Below are positions 25,921 through 43,273 of a stretch of DNA of 64,000 nucleotides, one piece after another (the stretch's first letter is position 1; each line of letters opens with the position of its first letter). The notes under the pieces are model-generated. The model was not told where the DNA came from and did not search any database. It saw only the letters and a program-made list of their open reading frames with translations. Location: assembly GCA_951406725.2 (NCBI GenBank), contig OX597828.1, positions 24,304,001-24,368,000 on the forward strand, in the 5' to 3' direction. This DNA comes from Octopus vulgaris. Its lineage: Eukaryota. The translations under genes were made by a program, and so were the position numbers.

Positions 25921-26931
25921 GCTCAGCTTTAATGCCTGAAGTTCCGCTGTTAGGCTTTTACTTCATTTTATTGACCTCGAAGAGGGGAAAGGCCAACTTG
26001 ACCTCGGCAAGATTCGAATTCTGCATGCGAAGAACCAGTATAAATGCCGCTCATTTTTTCGTTCAACTCTCTACCGATTTTTCAATTGCTTTCCTTGCAT
26101 TCAATGAACTTCCATCTCAAGAGGGAAGAAAAATCGAAAGAACGCTTTCCCATAAGATTCTCAGTTTATGTTCGATCAAATATTTTACAAAAGTATAGTT
26201 TCAGAAAACTTCCTTACGCCAAGTTCTGAGAAATTGGTTGAGAGAGCGTCGATAAAAGAACAGAGATAAGGACGTCGCTGCAAGCGTGTCGACTTATACG
26301 TGGCCGAACGCTTTCTTCTGTTGCCAAGTGCAAGAAACTTTACTGTTGCCAAGTTCTTCGGAGCAAGAGATCATTGGTAAGAGAAGAGAGATGAGAACTT
26401 TGCCAAAAGGTGGACTAATGTTTTATTCATGTCAAAGATAAGGCATATTTTACGAATTTTACAATATAGATATCGTTTTTGATATTTCATATCTGAAAAC
26501 AAAATGTCGCCAGTATGTCTAGCCCGGCAGTAACTGTATTAAAAGTTAACATCGCCATTAATTTCGTCTTCATCTTCCTTGTCATTTTTGTGGGCGTCGT
26601 CGTCATCGTCGTTTCGTTATCAAGACAAAAAGACAGAGGCGGTTGATCAGAAGAGAGATCCGATATACTCAGTAGACGATGCTCAAGTGTATTAGTGTTG
26701 TTAATGATGCTATTTTTCTGTTTTTGGTTTTGAAAAAGAAAAGTAGGTGAGGAAGAACTTTTAGTTCTACTTCGTGATTTACGAAATCGTAGATATATGG
26801 GCTCTGCACTACGAGATGTCTTGAAGATTAGCCTCCAACACCCCAACTCTCAAACATAGAAACTCTACAAAGTACCTTAGAGATCGTTACGTAACTCAAT
26901 ATACAATGTTTACCAATCCTTTCCCCTAAAT

Positions 26932-27324
26932 CAGCGGCTCTCAACCTGATTTCATATGGCCCTTGGGGCTCCATTTGCCACTTGAGAGCCTGTATGACCT
27001 TTGTGGGGTCCACATAAAATATCGTTGTTAAATTTTAGGTAAAATACTTTTACGATGTATAAAAAAATTCACCTTTTTTTATACAATTTCTAATACTCTT
27101 TTATTCTTTTATTTGTTTCACTCATTTTGACTGCGGCCATGTTGGAGCACCTCTTTTAGTCGAACAAATTGAACCCAGGACTTATTCTTCGTAAGCCTAG
27201 TACTTATTCTATCGGTCACTCTTGCCGAACCGCTACGTTATGGGGTAGCAAGCACACCAATATCTGCTGTCAAGTGATGTTGGGAGGGACAAACACAGAC
27301 ACTCAAATATGTATACATACATAC

Positions 27325-27360
<36 letters not shown>

Positions 27361-27920
27361 ACGACGGGCTTCTTTCAGTTTCCGTCTGCTAAACCCACTC
27401 ACAAGGCTTTGGTCGGCCTGAGACTATAGAAAAACACTTACACAAGGTGCCACGCAGTGAGAATGAACCCAGAACCATGTGTTTGGGAAGCAAGCTTCTT
27501 AACCCATCGCCACGCCTGCGCCTATAGGTAAACTTTTTTTAAACAATTCCTAACACACTTGATCTCGGCAGGATTTGAAAACTATATGTGAAGAACCAGA
27601 ATAAATTCGTTCAGTATTTTGTCCAACTCTCTACCGATTTTTTCATATGATCTTCGGGGGTCCGTATGACACTCGGTTGTCCATATGATTTTTGGGGGTC
27701 AGTTGTAAGATTCTATTGTTAAAGTTTATGAGCAATAATTTGGTTATAATTCTACAACGCACAAAACATTTTAACATTTTAAAAATACAATCCCTACTAA
27801 TATTTAATTAAATATAATAACATTTAAAAAAAAATTTAATTATCGAATGGGTATGGTGGTCCTGTACAGTAAAAGAGGAATCAAAAGGACCCATAGGCAA
27901 AAACTAGTTGAGAAGCAGTT
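26932..27920. mobile_element. hAT (Charlie-like) non-autonomous element with nested SINEs
   Basis: TIR-like CAGCGGCTCTCAAC ... GTTGAGAAGCAGTT; repeated GGGGTCC subterminal motifs. Confidence 0.55.
27094..27522 (-). mobile_element. SINE family A, full length
   Basis: Reverse-complement match to the family. Confidence 0.85.
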
Positions 27921-27929
27921 CTCTAGTGA

Positions 27930-28286
27930 CTAGTGGACGGTACCTACACCAGAATGTTACATGCAGTAGTCAACGTCTCTTGGAGGGAGCACCCAACAAA
28001 ACAACAGTTATATGGGAATGTACTAACTTTCTTATCAACTATTCAAGAGCGCAGATTGAGATTGGCTGGCCACTGCTGGAGAAGTAAAGAAGAACTTGTG
28101 AGTAATGTGTTGCTGTGGACACCAAATCATGGAACCACAACGGCTGGAAGACCATAGATGACGTATGAACAACAGCTTGCAGAAGATGTTGGATGCCAAG
28201 TTGAAGACCTAAAAATACTCATGGAAGATCAGGAGAGATGGCGAGAGGTAGTCAGGCTGGCCTGGGCAATCAGCCTGACCGAATGA
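27930..28286 (+). mobile_element. RTE-clade LINE 3' fragment
   Basis: DGTYTRMLHAVVNVSWREHPT...RRLRLAGHCWRS...VLLW...GRP, in-frame stop, then MEDQERWRE. Confidence 0.8.
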
Positions 28287-28744
28287 TGCCTCGATAAAAA
28301 AAAAGTCCAAAAGAAATAACATAGCCCAACTACGTAGCTCACATGTTTTTTCTCTTTCTCTGTCCCTCCCCTCTCACTGTCTCTCCACTTCTCTCGCTTC
28401 TTAAGGGATATTCGATAATACAGTATTCGATTGAGAGATGCGAGAAGAAATCAATGATAAAAGTCGTGCGGAAAGTGGAATCCAGGAGGTCAGCTTCTTG
28501 TAAAACGTCGTACTGATGATATCATCCTTGCATAGAAACAGACGTTGATAAACAATATATCGATCATTGGTGATTCATTCACAGCAACAGGGCAGTAAAA
28601 TAACCTGCAGTCACCTTATAATAAGCATAGCTTGGCAATATGTGCCGAGCTATCGCTAATTGTTTCAGGTGCCTGCGTAGTCACGGGTAGGCATAGACAT
28701 ACACCCGGCCCACACAACTTCAGACAGCGGTACACCCAAGATTG

Positions 28745-28820
<76 letters not shown>

Positions 28821-28821
28821 A

Positions 28822-28872
<51 letters not shown>

Positions 28873-29139
28873 ATTATTATATGATCGAACGCAACGCATC
28901 CATTTCCAAGTCAGTTTTATCTTAATAGATGCGCACTCTTATTCTATCTCTATTCTTTCTATCTCCCTCTCTTCTTCTTCTTCCTTTCTGTTTTTCTCTC
29001 CCACCCTTTCCCTATTCTTCTCCTCTACCCTTCACCGTTCCTCTCTCTCTCTTTCTCACTCTTCCTCCTTGACTCTCTCTCTCTTTCTCACTCTTCCTCC
29101 TTGACTCTCTCGTTGCTGACACGTGACCAACAGCTATCC

Positions 29140-29555
29140 ATCTTTCTTTCTTCCACTTCTTTCCTAAAGACAAGACGTGCTTTTACCTATCTCTTCTCAA
29201 AGCTCGTTTTTTGCAGCGTTCGCCACTTTACATCGTCATGGCGCAACAGCCCTCGCCGTTTGTTTTCGCTGTTTTGTTCTCACTGTCCTGTTTTTGTTAC
29301 CACTTTAACCCTCCGCAAAAAATCCCAAATTTTATTTCATTTGCTTTGCGGGAACGACTGCTTTAACGAAGTCGCGTCTTGTCCCTTCGAAACGCGGAGT
29401 AGATAAAACAGGGACAACTGATGAAAGGAATGTTCTTTATGCTGCCTGTATCGTTTCTCTATTTGTTTCTTTCGTTGTTCAAAGAAAAGTTCGTTTTCTA
29501 TGTCTTTTTTATGTTCTCGTTTCTCTTTCTGTTCACGTTTTTTCTGTCCTGTACC
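29140..29555 (+). mobile_element. Non-coding element family E, diverged copy
   Basis: Collinear with the reverse complement of ~15235-15720. Confidence 0.6.
29373..29428 (+). ncRNA. Non-circularly permuted (pseudoknotted) hammerhead-like motif
   Basis: CGCGUC (29373-78), UUGUCCCU, UC-GAAA-CGCG (29387-96), N13, AGGGACAA, CUGAUGA (29418-24); stem III 5 bp, stem I up to 8 bp. Confidence 0.6.
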
Positions 29556-29812
29556 CATATATGCATGTATATATACATATATATGTAGGCATGTACATAT
29601 ATGTAAGTATATATGTATATACTTATATATTATTTATATTATACATACATATATATATATAGATAGCATTAGAATTTTTCTTCTGCCCTCATTTTGTAAA
29701 TTATTTATAAATTTAACCTTTAAAGGTATTTTTTGATATGCTGGCCATTGATAAATTTTTTTTCCCGAAAAAAAAAAATTATCCTACATTAGTTGTATAG
29801 ATAGAGAGATAG

Positions 29813-29871
<59 letters not shown>

Positions 29872-29899
29872 TATATATATATATAGATATATATATATA

Positions 29900-30184
29900 T
29901 AAAGTGATCGTTTGTTGCCAACTTAATGTAGCAGTGCCGGGAAGGGGAAGAATGTCACTGCTATTTAGCACCGTTTCTAGTTGACTACGTGACACAAACG
30001 TTCTGTGTTCTAAAGTGTCCAAACAGGGGAGATAAATACCTGCACCCAACAAAACCAGCATCCAGACACAGAACGCTTGTGTCGCGAAGCCAACAAGAAA
30101 CGGTGTTTCTTGGGGCTAAATAGCAGTAGCATTCGTCTCTCTCCTGGGACTGCCACATCAATTTGGCAACAAACCATCACTTTA
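29900..30184. mobile_element. Foldback MITE with ~110-bp imperfect TIRs
   Basis: TAAAGTGATCGTTTGTTGCCAA ... TTGGCAACAAACCATCACTTTA; the arms continue inward through CTGCTATTTAGC and CGTTCTGTG. Confidence 0.8.
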
Positions 30185-30239
30185 TCGTGATTCTACTGCA
30201 TAACTCTCTCTAAGAGATTTAGAAATGCAATATTTCTCT

Positions 30240-30309
<70 letters not shown>

Positions 30310-30313
<4 letters not shown>

Positions 30314-30503
30314 ACCTAAAGCTCCACGAGGTTCCGGCAGAGGGGGGGGCGATCCCTGCCGTACTCTTTCGCCACAACTTTCTCTCACTCTTTCTTCTGT
30401 TGGCCTGCTCGCGGGGTGGCGTCATTTGAAGGCTAAAAAACAATGCGAAGCGCATTGTGACCAGCGATGTGTAGCAACATCTGATAACCTGGTCGGTCAC
30501 GGT

Positions 30504-30505
<2 letters not shown>
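30310..30505. repeat. Dispersed repeat whose left part is shared with 7738-7830
   Basis: AACACCTAAAGCTC.ACGAGG.TCCG...GTACTCTTTC.CCACAA.TTTCTCTCACTCTTTCTTC at both sites. Confidence 0.6.
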
Positions 30506-30549
<44 letters not shown>

Positions 30550-30848
30550 GAGAGAGAGAGAGAGAGAAAGAGCGAGTGTAAAGGAGAGGGTGATAGTAAG
30601 AGAGCTGTACAGCACTCGGCAGGTAACCCATTCCAGCTGAGTAAGAAGAGCGACGTGAAATGAGGTGCGTTGTTCAAGTTCACACCGCGCCTTCCTGTCC
30701 AAGAATTGAACCCACAGCATTATAGCGGTGAACCAAAAACTCTTACTACTAGACTAACGCCTTCCCCAACAAACCAGTAATAAATTCATTAGGCCTTCCT
30801 TTATCGATGGCATAGAACAACTACCACAATATATTTTCAGCTGAGTCG

Positions 30849-30905
30849 AAACATCATACTCAATACCAAACATCATACTCAATACCAAACATCATACTCA
30901 ATACC
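30849..30905 (+). repeat. 19-bp minisatellite x3 (AAACATCATACTCAATACC)
   Basis: Three perfect tandem copies. Confidence 0.95.
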
Positions 30906-31539
30906 AAAAAACATTTCTCGATCCAAAATTTGAACTCACAATGTTACGATCGTGATTCAGGCCGAGTGCCTTCACAGTAATATGATTGGCAAGGTTTCAC
31001 TTTACAGTAAAATGAACCAATTACCTCGTGGTTTTAAAAGTCGTGAAGGATTCAAAATATTTGAATTTGCTGAGGGGAACGACTTACCCGAAGCCAATGC
31101 TATTGGGTCGGTGCATAATTATTGCGGCTTTTTTTTCAACAAATTTTATTCAATATAAACAATATCAACATTTAACAAAAACAACTTTAAATGATTATTC
31201 CGGAGCGTATTCACCATCTGTTTCAATTACTGTTTCCCATTTGCTGGGAGACAGTCAGACCATCTTTTAAAGATACTTTTATTAAATATTGGTAAGCCGC
31301 AATAGTTATGCACCAATCCAATATTTAAATGCGGTGAATTTGTCACTTTCCTTACCAGGTACTGTGTAGCAGTTAAAAAAATTGAGATCATTTCTGTAGA
31401 TTTTCAGTGGGCTTGTAAAAGGGAGACAAATTAGAACTGAGATTCTGTTTATCATAAGGGAAGGGTTGTGTACTTCATCAACATTATATCGCTGACAAGG
31501 TTCAATATTTCTATAGGTGATACTGCATTTGAATCGATT

Positions 31540-31860
31540 TATTTTAGAAATTGGCGCTAGATTTACACTGCAACACGATTCCTTTTCCTCAACAGGCCCT
31601 GTCCTATTCAACATTGTCTCGAAACAGATCAAAGAAGAAAAGGATCCCATCACCTTTAAACGGAATCTGGACAAATTTCTTGAAAGAATACCTGATAAAC
31701 CATCTATACCTAGATACAACTCACTCAACAAGAACTCCCTACTCGAATGGACCATGATACCACAAAACTTAACTTGAAACGGATTAAGGTAATCTTATCA
31801 GGTGGTGCCATTATGTTAGATATGGACCAATCTTTGTTCGAAACATATCTAATCTAAACT
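31540..31860 (+). mobile_element. CR1/L2-like LINE 3' fragment
   Basis: SFSSTGPVLFNIVSKQIK...FKRNLDKFLERIPDKP...NKNSL. Confidence 0.7.
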
Positions 31861-31867
31861 CTCTAAG

Positions 31868-31979
<112 letters not shown>

Positions 31980-31987
31980 TCTGTCTG

Positions 31988-32034
<47 letters not shown>

Positions 32035-32192
32035 GATGTTGGCGATTTCTTTTCCTTCTTTAGACTTTTGTCCGGAGAGCAAAGCTAAAAATGTCAAACT
32101 CTCTCTAATACCTTCCTTGTGCACGTCCCCTTGTCGTCCGTTAATTTTATTCGTTTATTTGAATTGACTATATAGAGAGTAATAACAACAAC

Positions 32193-32262
<70 letters not shown>

Positions 32263-33026
32263 TGTCGTGTATGCCGACAACAAAATGAAACCATTGATCA
32301 TGTTGTCTCCAAATGCAGTCTTCTAGCGCCTACAGAGTACCTCAATAGGCATGATAGAGCTGCACAATATATTCACTGGGTAATTTGCAAAACCTGGATT
32401 TGCCCCATGAAAAAAACTGGTGGGAACACAATCCACCTCCAGTGCTTGAAAATGACCACATCTCACTCCTGTGGAACTTCACCATTCAAACTGACAGGAA
32501 GATAGATGCAAATAGGCCAGACATCATATTGAAAGACTTCAGACAAAGAACATGCCTCCTCATTGATATGACTGTCCCAATCGATATAAACGTATCTGTC
32601 AAGACCTACCAAAAACTGAGCAAATATAAAGATCTTGAAATAGAAATCAGCAAAATGTGGAAGCTGAAGACTAAAACAATACCTGTTGTCATAGGTGCCC
32701 TGGGAATGATAGCGAAAGGGACTGATTGCTACCTAACTCAGATACCAGGAAACCCCAAAATGGCAGAAATTCAAAAGATAGTGCTCATGGGAACTGCTCA
32801 TATCCTACGCAAAATACTCTCTATGTAATCCCAAGGTTTAAAACAAACTTTTTTTTTATTCTTATTTTTTTTTATGTATTAGACATTCACTAGTACAACA
32901 CCAAAAAAAGGGGGAAAAAAAACAAAAAACAAATATATGGCACAGAACTTCCAACCTGTTGTCTCTTGAGGTCTCTGGGTGAGACTTGGAGCCAACTTGT
33001 ACAGACATAAAGCAAAAGTCAAACAT
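32263..33026 (+). mobile_element. R4/Dong-clade non-LTR retrotransposon 3' fragment in (TAA)n
   Basis: CCHC knuckle CRVC..ETIDHVVSKC, RHD, PD..D..K restriction-like endonuclease (RPDIIL..LIDMTVP..KLSKY), one frameshift, 3' UTR; (TAA)n on both sides. Confidence 0.9.
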
Positions 33027-33027
33027 A

Positions 33028-33099
<72 letters not shown>

Positions 33100-33446
33100 G
33101 GTGCCCTGGGAATGATAGCAAAAGGGGCTGATAACTACCTAACTCAGATACCAGGAAACCCCCAAATGGCAGAAATTCAAAAGATAGTGCTCATGGGAAC
33201 TGCTCATATCCTACGCAAAATACTTTCTATGTAATCTCAAGGTTTAAAACAAACATTTTATTTTATTTTATTTATTTATTTATTTATTTAATTATTTTAG
33301 ACATCCACCAGTACAACACAAAAAAACAACCAAATATATGACACACTAGACATAACAACAACGTGAACTTCCAGCCTGTTGTCTCTTGAGGTCTCCGGGT
33401 GAGACTTGGAGCCAACTTGTACAAATATAAAGCAAAAGTCAAACAT
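33100..33446 (+). mobile_element. Second, shorter R4/Dong copy in the same (TAA)n
   Basis: Matches 32694-33026 with substitutions. Confidence 0.9.
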
Positions 33447-33539
33447 ATAATAATAATAATAATAATAAAAATAATAATAATAATAATGATAATCCAAGGA
33501 TAGAATTTATAAATATTGTAGTGCATTGCTACGTGCGTT

Positions 33540-37418
<3,879 letters not shown>

Positions 37419-37685
37419 GAACAAATCGACCCCGAGGACTTATTTTTTGTAAGCCTAGTATTTATCTTATCGGTCACTTTTGCCGAACCACTAAGTTATG
37501 GGAACATAAACACACCTTCACACACCTCACACACACACACAGACACGCACACAGGCACACACCACCACCACTACACACACACCACAAGAGGAGTCGATGC
37601 TGGATGTGTCGAAACAATTGTTATGATTAATAATATATTCTCGTATATTCCATCTTCTGTCTTTTATTTATGAGATATATATATA

Positions 37686-37813
37686 ACCAACCACATGGTT
37701 CCGGGTTCAGTCCCACTGCGGGGCATCTTGGGCAAGTGTCTTCTGCTATAGCCCCGGGCCGACCAATGCCTTGTGAGTGGATTTGGTAGACGGAAACTGA
37801 AAGAAGCCTGTCG

Positions 37814-37861
<48 letters not shown>

Positions 37862-38070
37862 CGTGTGTGTGTGTCTGTGTTTGTCACCCTAGCATTGCTT
37901 GATAACCGATGCTGGTATGCTTACGTTCCCGTCACTTAGCGGTTCGGCGAAAGAGAGACCGATAGAATAAGTACTGGGCTTACAAAGAATAAGTCGATTT
38001 GCTCGACTAAAGGCGGTGCTCCCGCATGGCCGCAGTCAAATGACTGAAACAAGTAAAAGAGTAAAAGAGT
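37686..38070 (+). mobile_element. SINE family A, 5'-clipped
   Basis: Family match from ACCAACCACATGG to the tail. Confidence 0.9.
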
Positions 38071-38490
38071 ATGTATGTATGTATGTATGTATGTATGTAT
38101 GTATGTATGTATGTATGTATGTGTATTTGCGTGTGTACGTGTATATGTTTGTGCGTGACTGTGTATATATGTGTGTGTGAAAGGATTTGATCAATACTTC
38201 GCTCTCTAGGCCAACGTTGTTGATAGATACACACACACACACACTCACACACACAAACACCATCACCACCGCCACACACACCACCACCACCACACCACAA
38301 ACACACAAACAATCACACACGCATACATACAAGCACATTCACTCACTTACGCATACATATATTCTCTTCTTTTTAAAAATGTAAATCCTTAGACATGAGA
38401 CTTTCATGAATAAAAAATAACCATCAGCAAAAGGCGAAAGTTCAAATGAGTGAAAATAAATATATTAGATTGGAAAATGTTTTCAAAGAC

Positions 38491-38652
38491 AGGCACAGGC
38501 TTGGCTATGTGGTTAAGTAGCTTGCTTCCCAATCACTTGGTTCTGGGTTTAGTCCCACTGCGTGGCACCTTCTGCTATAGCCGCGGGGCAACCAAAGACG
38601 TGTGAGTGGATTTAGTAAACAGAAACTGGAAGAAGCTCGTCATATATATATA

Positions 38653-38696
<44 letters not shown>

Positions 38697-38699
38697 TGT

Positions 38700-38740
<41 letters not shown>

Positions 38741-39095
38741 TGTGTGCGTAAGTGTATTTGTTCCCCTTTCCGTCGCTTGACAACCGATGCTGGTGTGTTT
38801 ATGTTCCCATAACTTAGTGGTTCGGCAAAATAGACCGATTGGATAGATACTAGGCTTACAAAAAAATAATAAGTCTTGGGGTTCGATTTGTTAGACTAAA
38901 GGCGGTGCTCCAGCATGGCTGCAGTCAAATGACAGAAACAAGTAACTGGCTGCGTGGTAAGAAGCTTGCTTCCCAAACACATAGTCCCGGGTTCAGTCAT
39001 TTTCAGTGCCACATTGGGCACGTATTTTCTACCACAGCTTTGGGCCGAACAAAGCCTTGTGAGTGGATTTGGTAGATGGAAACTAAAGGAAGCCT
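38491..39095 (+). mobile_element. Two head-to-tail SINE family A copies (38491-38945 full, 38947-39095 5' half)
   Basis: Family match. Confidence 0.8.
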
Positions 39096-39105
39096 ATATA
39101 TCAAT

Positions 39106-39303
39106 ATGTGACGCGTGTGTATCGTTGGCGATTTTCTTTCTCCGTTTTCCCTTCTTTGGGCTTTTTCTATATTTCTGACGAAGGACGCCGCTCGAAACGT
39201 GAGATCCTGTCTCTTTTCTTTCGTCTCCTGAGCGTCCAATAACATTGTACTTATTCCACGTCCTCGCGTTGTTGTTCTTTTCTTCCTTGTTCATGTTTGG
39301 ATT

Positions 39304-39307
<4 letters not shown>
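39106..39307 (+). mobile_element. Family F1 element with a decayed hammerhead
   Basis: CTGACGA-AGGACGCCGCTC-GAAA-CGTG from 39175; same ends as 6221-6430. Confidence 0.75.
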
Positions 39308-39380
<73 letters not shown>

Positions 39381-39520
39381 TCAATAAATGGTGGGGTGGG
39401 GTTGACACTATGACGAAAACCGATTTGAATAAATATATATATTTATATATTTTATCAATTTCTCATTTGATTAAAATTTTCTTTCAATTGAGCATTCTGC
39501 ACTTTTACAATTTTTCCTTG

Positions 39521-39569
<49 letters not shown>

Positions 39570-39642
39570 TTGTATGTATGTATGTATGTTTTTTTTATAT
39601 ATATACATACATATACATATATGTATATTAATGTGTGTGCGT

Positions 39643-39676
<34 letters not shown>

Positions 39677-39699
39677 CTGTGCGTGTGTCTTTGTGTCTG

Positions 39700-40757
39700 T
39701 GTTTGTACCCCTCCACCGTTGGCAACTGGTGTTGTCACTATAACGCAGCAGTTCGGCAAAGGAGTTCGATAAAATAAGCACCAGGTCTTTTTTTTTAAAG
39801 TACTGGCATCGATTCATTCGACGAAAAGTAAAATTCTCCAAGGCAGCGTCCCAGCACGACCGCAGTCAAATGACTGAAACAAGTAAAAGACAAACTGTAA
39901 AAGATATAGTAGAGAGATGAAAGACCACTTTTCAGCCACGTAGTTACGGGTTCAATCCTAAAACGAACCACCGCGGGCAAGTATCTTTCACTACAGCTTT
40001 GGAGCGAGCAACTTCGTAGACGGAAAATGTGTTCAAGTCCGTCCTGTATATTTGTGTGCGTATGTATGTATGCATGTATGTGTGTGCCTGTGTTTGCCAC
40101 CATTTATAATCAGCGTTGGTTTGTTTATGTCTCCGCAACTAGCGATTGGGCAAAATGACCGATGGAATAAGTACAAGGTTTTTTTTTTCTTGTTTTAAAT
40201 ATACTGGGTTCGATTTTTTTTCCCATTAAATCTTCGAAGGAATGCTCCAGCAAGGCCGCAGTCCAATTTCTATCCTTTTTAAAATTTGTCACTTGTTTCA
40301 GTCATGAGACTGTGGCCATGCTGGAGCACCGCGTTGAAGAAGTTTTATTCCAGCGGATCGACCCTAGTACGTCTTTTAGGAATGGTACATATTCTGTCGG
40401 TTTCTTTTGCCGAACCTCTAAGTTACGGGGACGTAAACAAACCAACGCCAGATGTCAAGTGGTGGTGGAGACAAACACAGACACAAAGAAACACACACAC
40501 ACACACACACGCATATATATATATATATATATATATGCGTGTGTACGCACACACAAACACACACACGCTTATATATATGTATGTGTGTGTGTGTGTGTAC
40601 ACGACAGGATTCTTTCAATCTCCATCAACCAAATCCACTCGCAAGTCTATGTTCGGCTCGTGTCCGTAGCAGAAGACACTTGCTGAAGGTGCCACGCAGT
40701 GGGACAGAACGAGGAATCACGTGGTTGCGAAGCAAACAATTACCACCCAGCAACGCG
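39700..40757. mobile_element. Cluster of older SINE family A copies (39700-39905 +, 39930-40265 +, 40290-40757 -)
   Basis: Diverged family matches. Confidence 0.7.
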
Positions 40758-41471
40758 TGAGTCAGTTGCTGAAACAGGTTAAAATATAAAAAAGATAACT
40801 CTGGTTAAATCTAATATCATATGATGACTCATATAAGAACCTAAAGATCTTCCGAACATGGGAGCTGAGCTGGTCCTTCATATGGTGGCAGCGTAAAATG
40901 CCGTACACCGATTTATTCTAATCGTCCTGTTCGAAGAAAACTAATCGATACCCTTGATTGTTGTTGTTACTGCTTTTCTCTTGTTTACTCCCTATCTCAG
41001 TAAACATTTAAGAGCAAACCCTTGACCGCCGGGAGTATTCCACGCGTGACAATCACATTGTTTGTTTGTTTGGCTTTTTTTGTTTGGCCTTTTTTTTTTC
41101 TAGTACCTAGTTCAAGAAACAGAGAATCATACTATCCAGAGTTTTTTCCTACCGTAAGACATCATGATTTGGACGAAGGATACGGGGCTGATATTTTTAG
41201 AATGTCAAGTGACCCGGTAGAGGGTCCTGGTCGTCTTGGTGACATTTGTTTATCTGCTGTTGCTATCACAGGTGCCGTTGCAGGATATACAATTAATTGC
41301 CATCAGGGTAATAATAAGCAACATTTGGCTAATTATATATAGGTATCATTGCATAAATAAGTATTTGTATGTATGTATGTATGTATGTATGTATGTATGT
41401 ATGTATGTATGTATGTATGTATGTATGTACGCATGTACGTATGTATGTATGTATACATTTATGTATGTGTT

Positions 41472-41505
<34 letters not shown>

Positions 41506-41507
<2 letters not shown>

Positions 41508-41664
41508 CGCAGGAGTGGTCGTGTGGTAAGTAGCTTGCTTACCAGCCACGTGGTGCCGGGTTCTGTCCCACCGCGTGGCACCTTGGGCGTCTTCTACTAT
41601 AACCTCGGGCCTACCAAAGCTTTGTGAGTGGATTTGGTAGACGGAAACTGGAAGAAGCCTGTCG

Positions 41665-41743
<79 letters not shown>

Positions 41744-41956
41744 TTGTGTGTCTGTTTTGACCCTCACCCCACCCCAACATCGCATGACAACCGATGCTGG
41801 TGTGTTTACGTCCCCGTAACATTAGCGGTGCGGCAAAAGTGACCGATAGAATAAGTACTAAGCTTACAAAGAATAAGTCCTGGGGACGATTTGCTCGACT
41901 AAAAGGCGGTGCTCCAGCATGGCCGCAGTCAAATGACTGAAACAAGTACAAAAAGA

Positions 41957-41958
<2 letters not shown>
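41506..41958 (+). mobile_element. SINE family A, full length
   Basis: Family match from head to tail. Confidence 0.9.
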
Positions 41959-42033
<75 letters not shown>

Positions 42034-42346
42034 GTATATCTTGTAGCTGCACTGCAATGAGAGTCGTTTAAACTAATCAGCGTTCGTCCTATCTGTATGT
42101 CTATATAATACAAATATACGTATGCACATGTTCATCTACATACACATGCGTATATAATCATATAAGTATATAAATATGAGCACGCGCGTGTGCAAACAGT
42201 AGTGGTAGTGGTTGGTGCTGTTGCTGTCATTGTTGTAGTAAATCCTTCGATTATCGTGGGTGTTACATTCGAAAACACCCCGCGATAGGTGAAAATCCGC
42301 GAAGTAGAAACAGTACTTCGCGGATTATACATATATATATATATAT

Positions 42347-42417
<71 letters not shown>

Positions 42418-43273
42418 TATTTTATATATATATAATCTGTATATATTTTATTTTTATTATAAAGGCAAAAGAACACCATGGACGAAACAGGTTGCGCTTT
42501 CGAATCGTGTTAGGATTCTTCTAAGACAGTCATGAATGCCACAACATCCTTATTTTTATTTCGCCTTTAATCTGTCGCAGGCGATCAACATCCGGGATAT
42601 CTGTGAATGTTGTGGTGGTCGTTGTGGTAAAGGTCGTTATATTGGTTAACTTACAAACCTAATGCCCTTAGCAACATGACTTACAACCCAAGCTACTTCG
42701 GTATAAGCATATAAACTAACCTTGTGTTTGTTCTTATTGTTTTCGTTGATATTGTCGGTTTTAGTGTTTAACCCTTGGTTTCCTCTGGTCAAACAAACCT
42801 ACTAGGATCAAACACATTCCAGCAATGATCATCACGTCTTTTATAAATTTGTTGTTATTGTTGCAGCTATTACCCAGAAACAGTATGCTCGTGATTTTAT
42901 TATCGTATTTAGTCCTTCATTAAGAATACAAAGATCGTTGTATAAGGAAGATTTGATTGCTATTTCTAACGGTAGTTCTAAGAACCCAATATGTTCCTTA
43001 TGAACTTCAATTAGTGACCGGTCAATAACGGGTAATTTTGATTCAAGATCGAAGCTTTCCCGGAAAGGAATAATTTTTTTTTTTTACAAGGTGACATCTC
43101 TCATTGTCCCGTGGAGATGACACATCGATCTGCTAGAATCACAAATATATACAAACACAATCCACGTACATCATGGACCGGATTCAAAGATACAGTTTCG
43201 AAATTTCACAGAGAATATCACGACGTTCATTACCCTCTCTGATGATTTAGAAAACAACAAACACACATAAATA

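Noticed and set aside
28508-28560. CTGATGA...GAAAC..GTT hammerhead-like string
   Set aside because: No stem I and no G10.1-C11.1 pair; single copy
30849-30905. Short direct repeats resembling a CRISPR array
   Set aside because: No spacers, no cas genes, eukaryotic context
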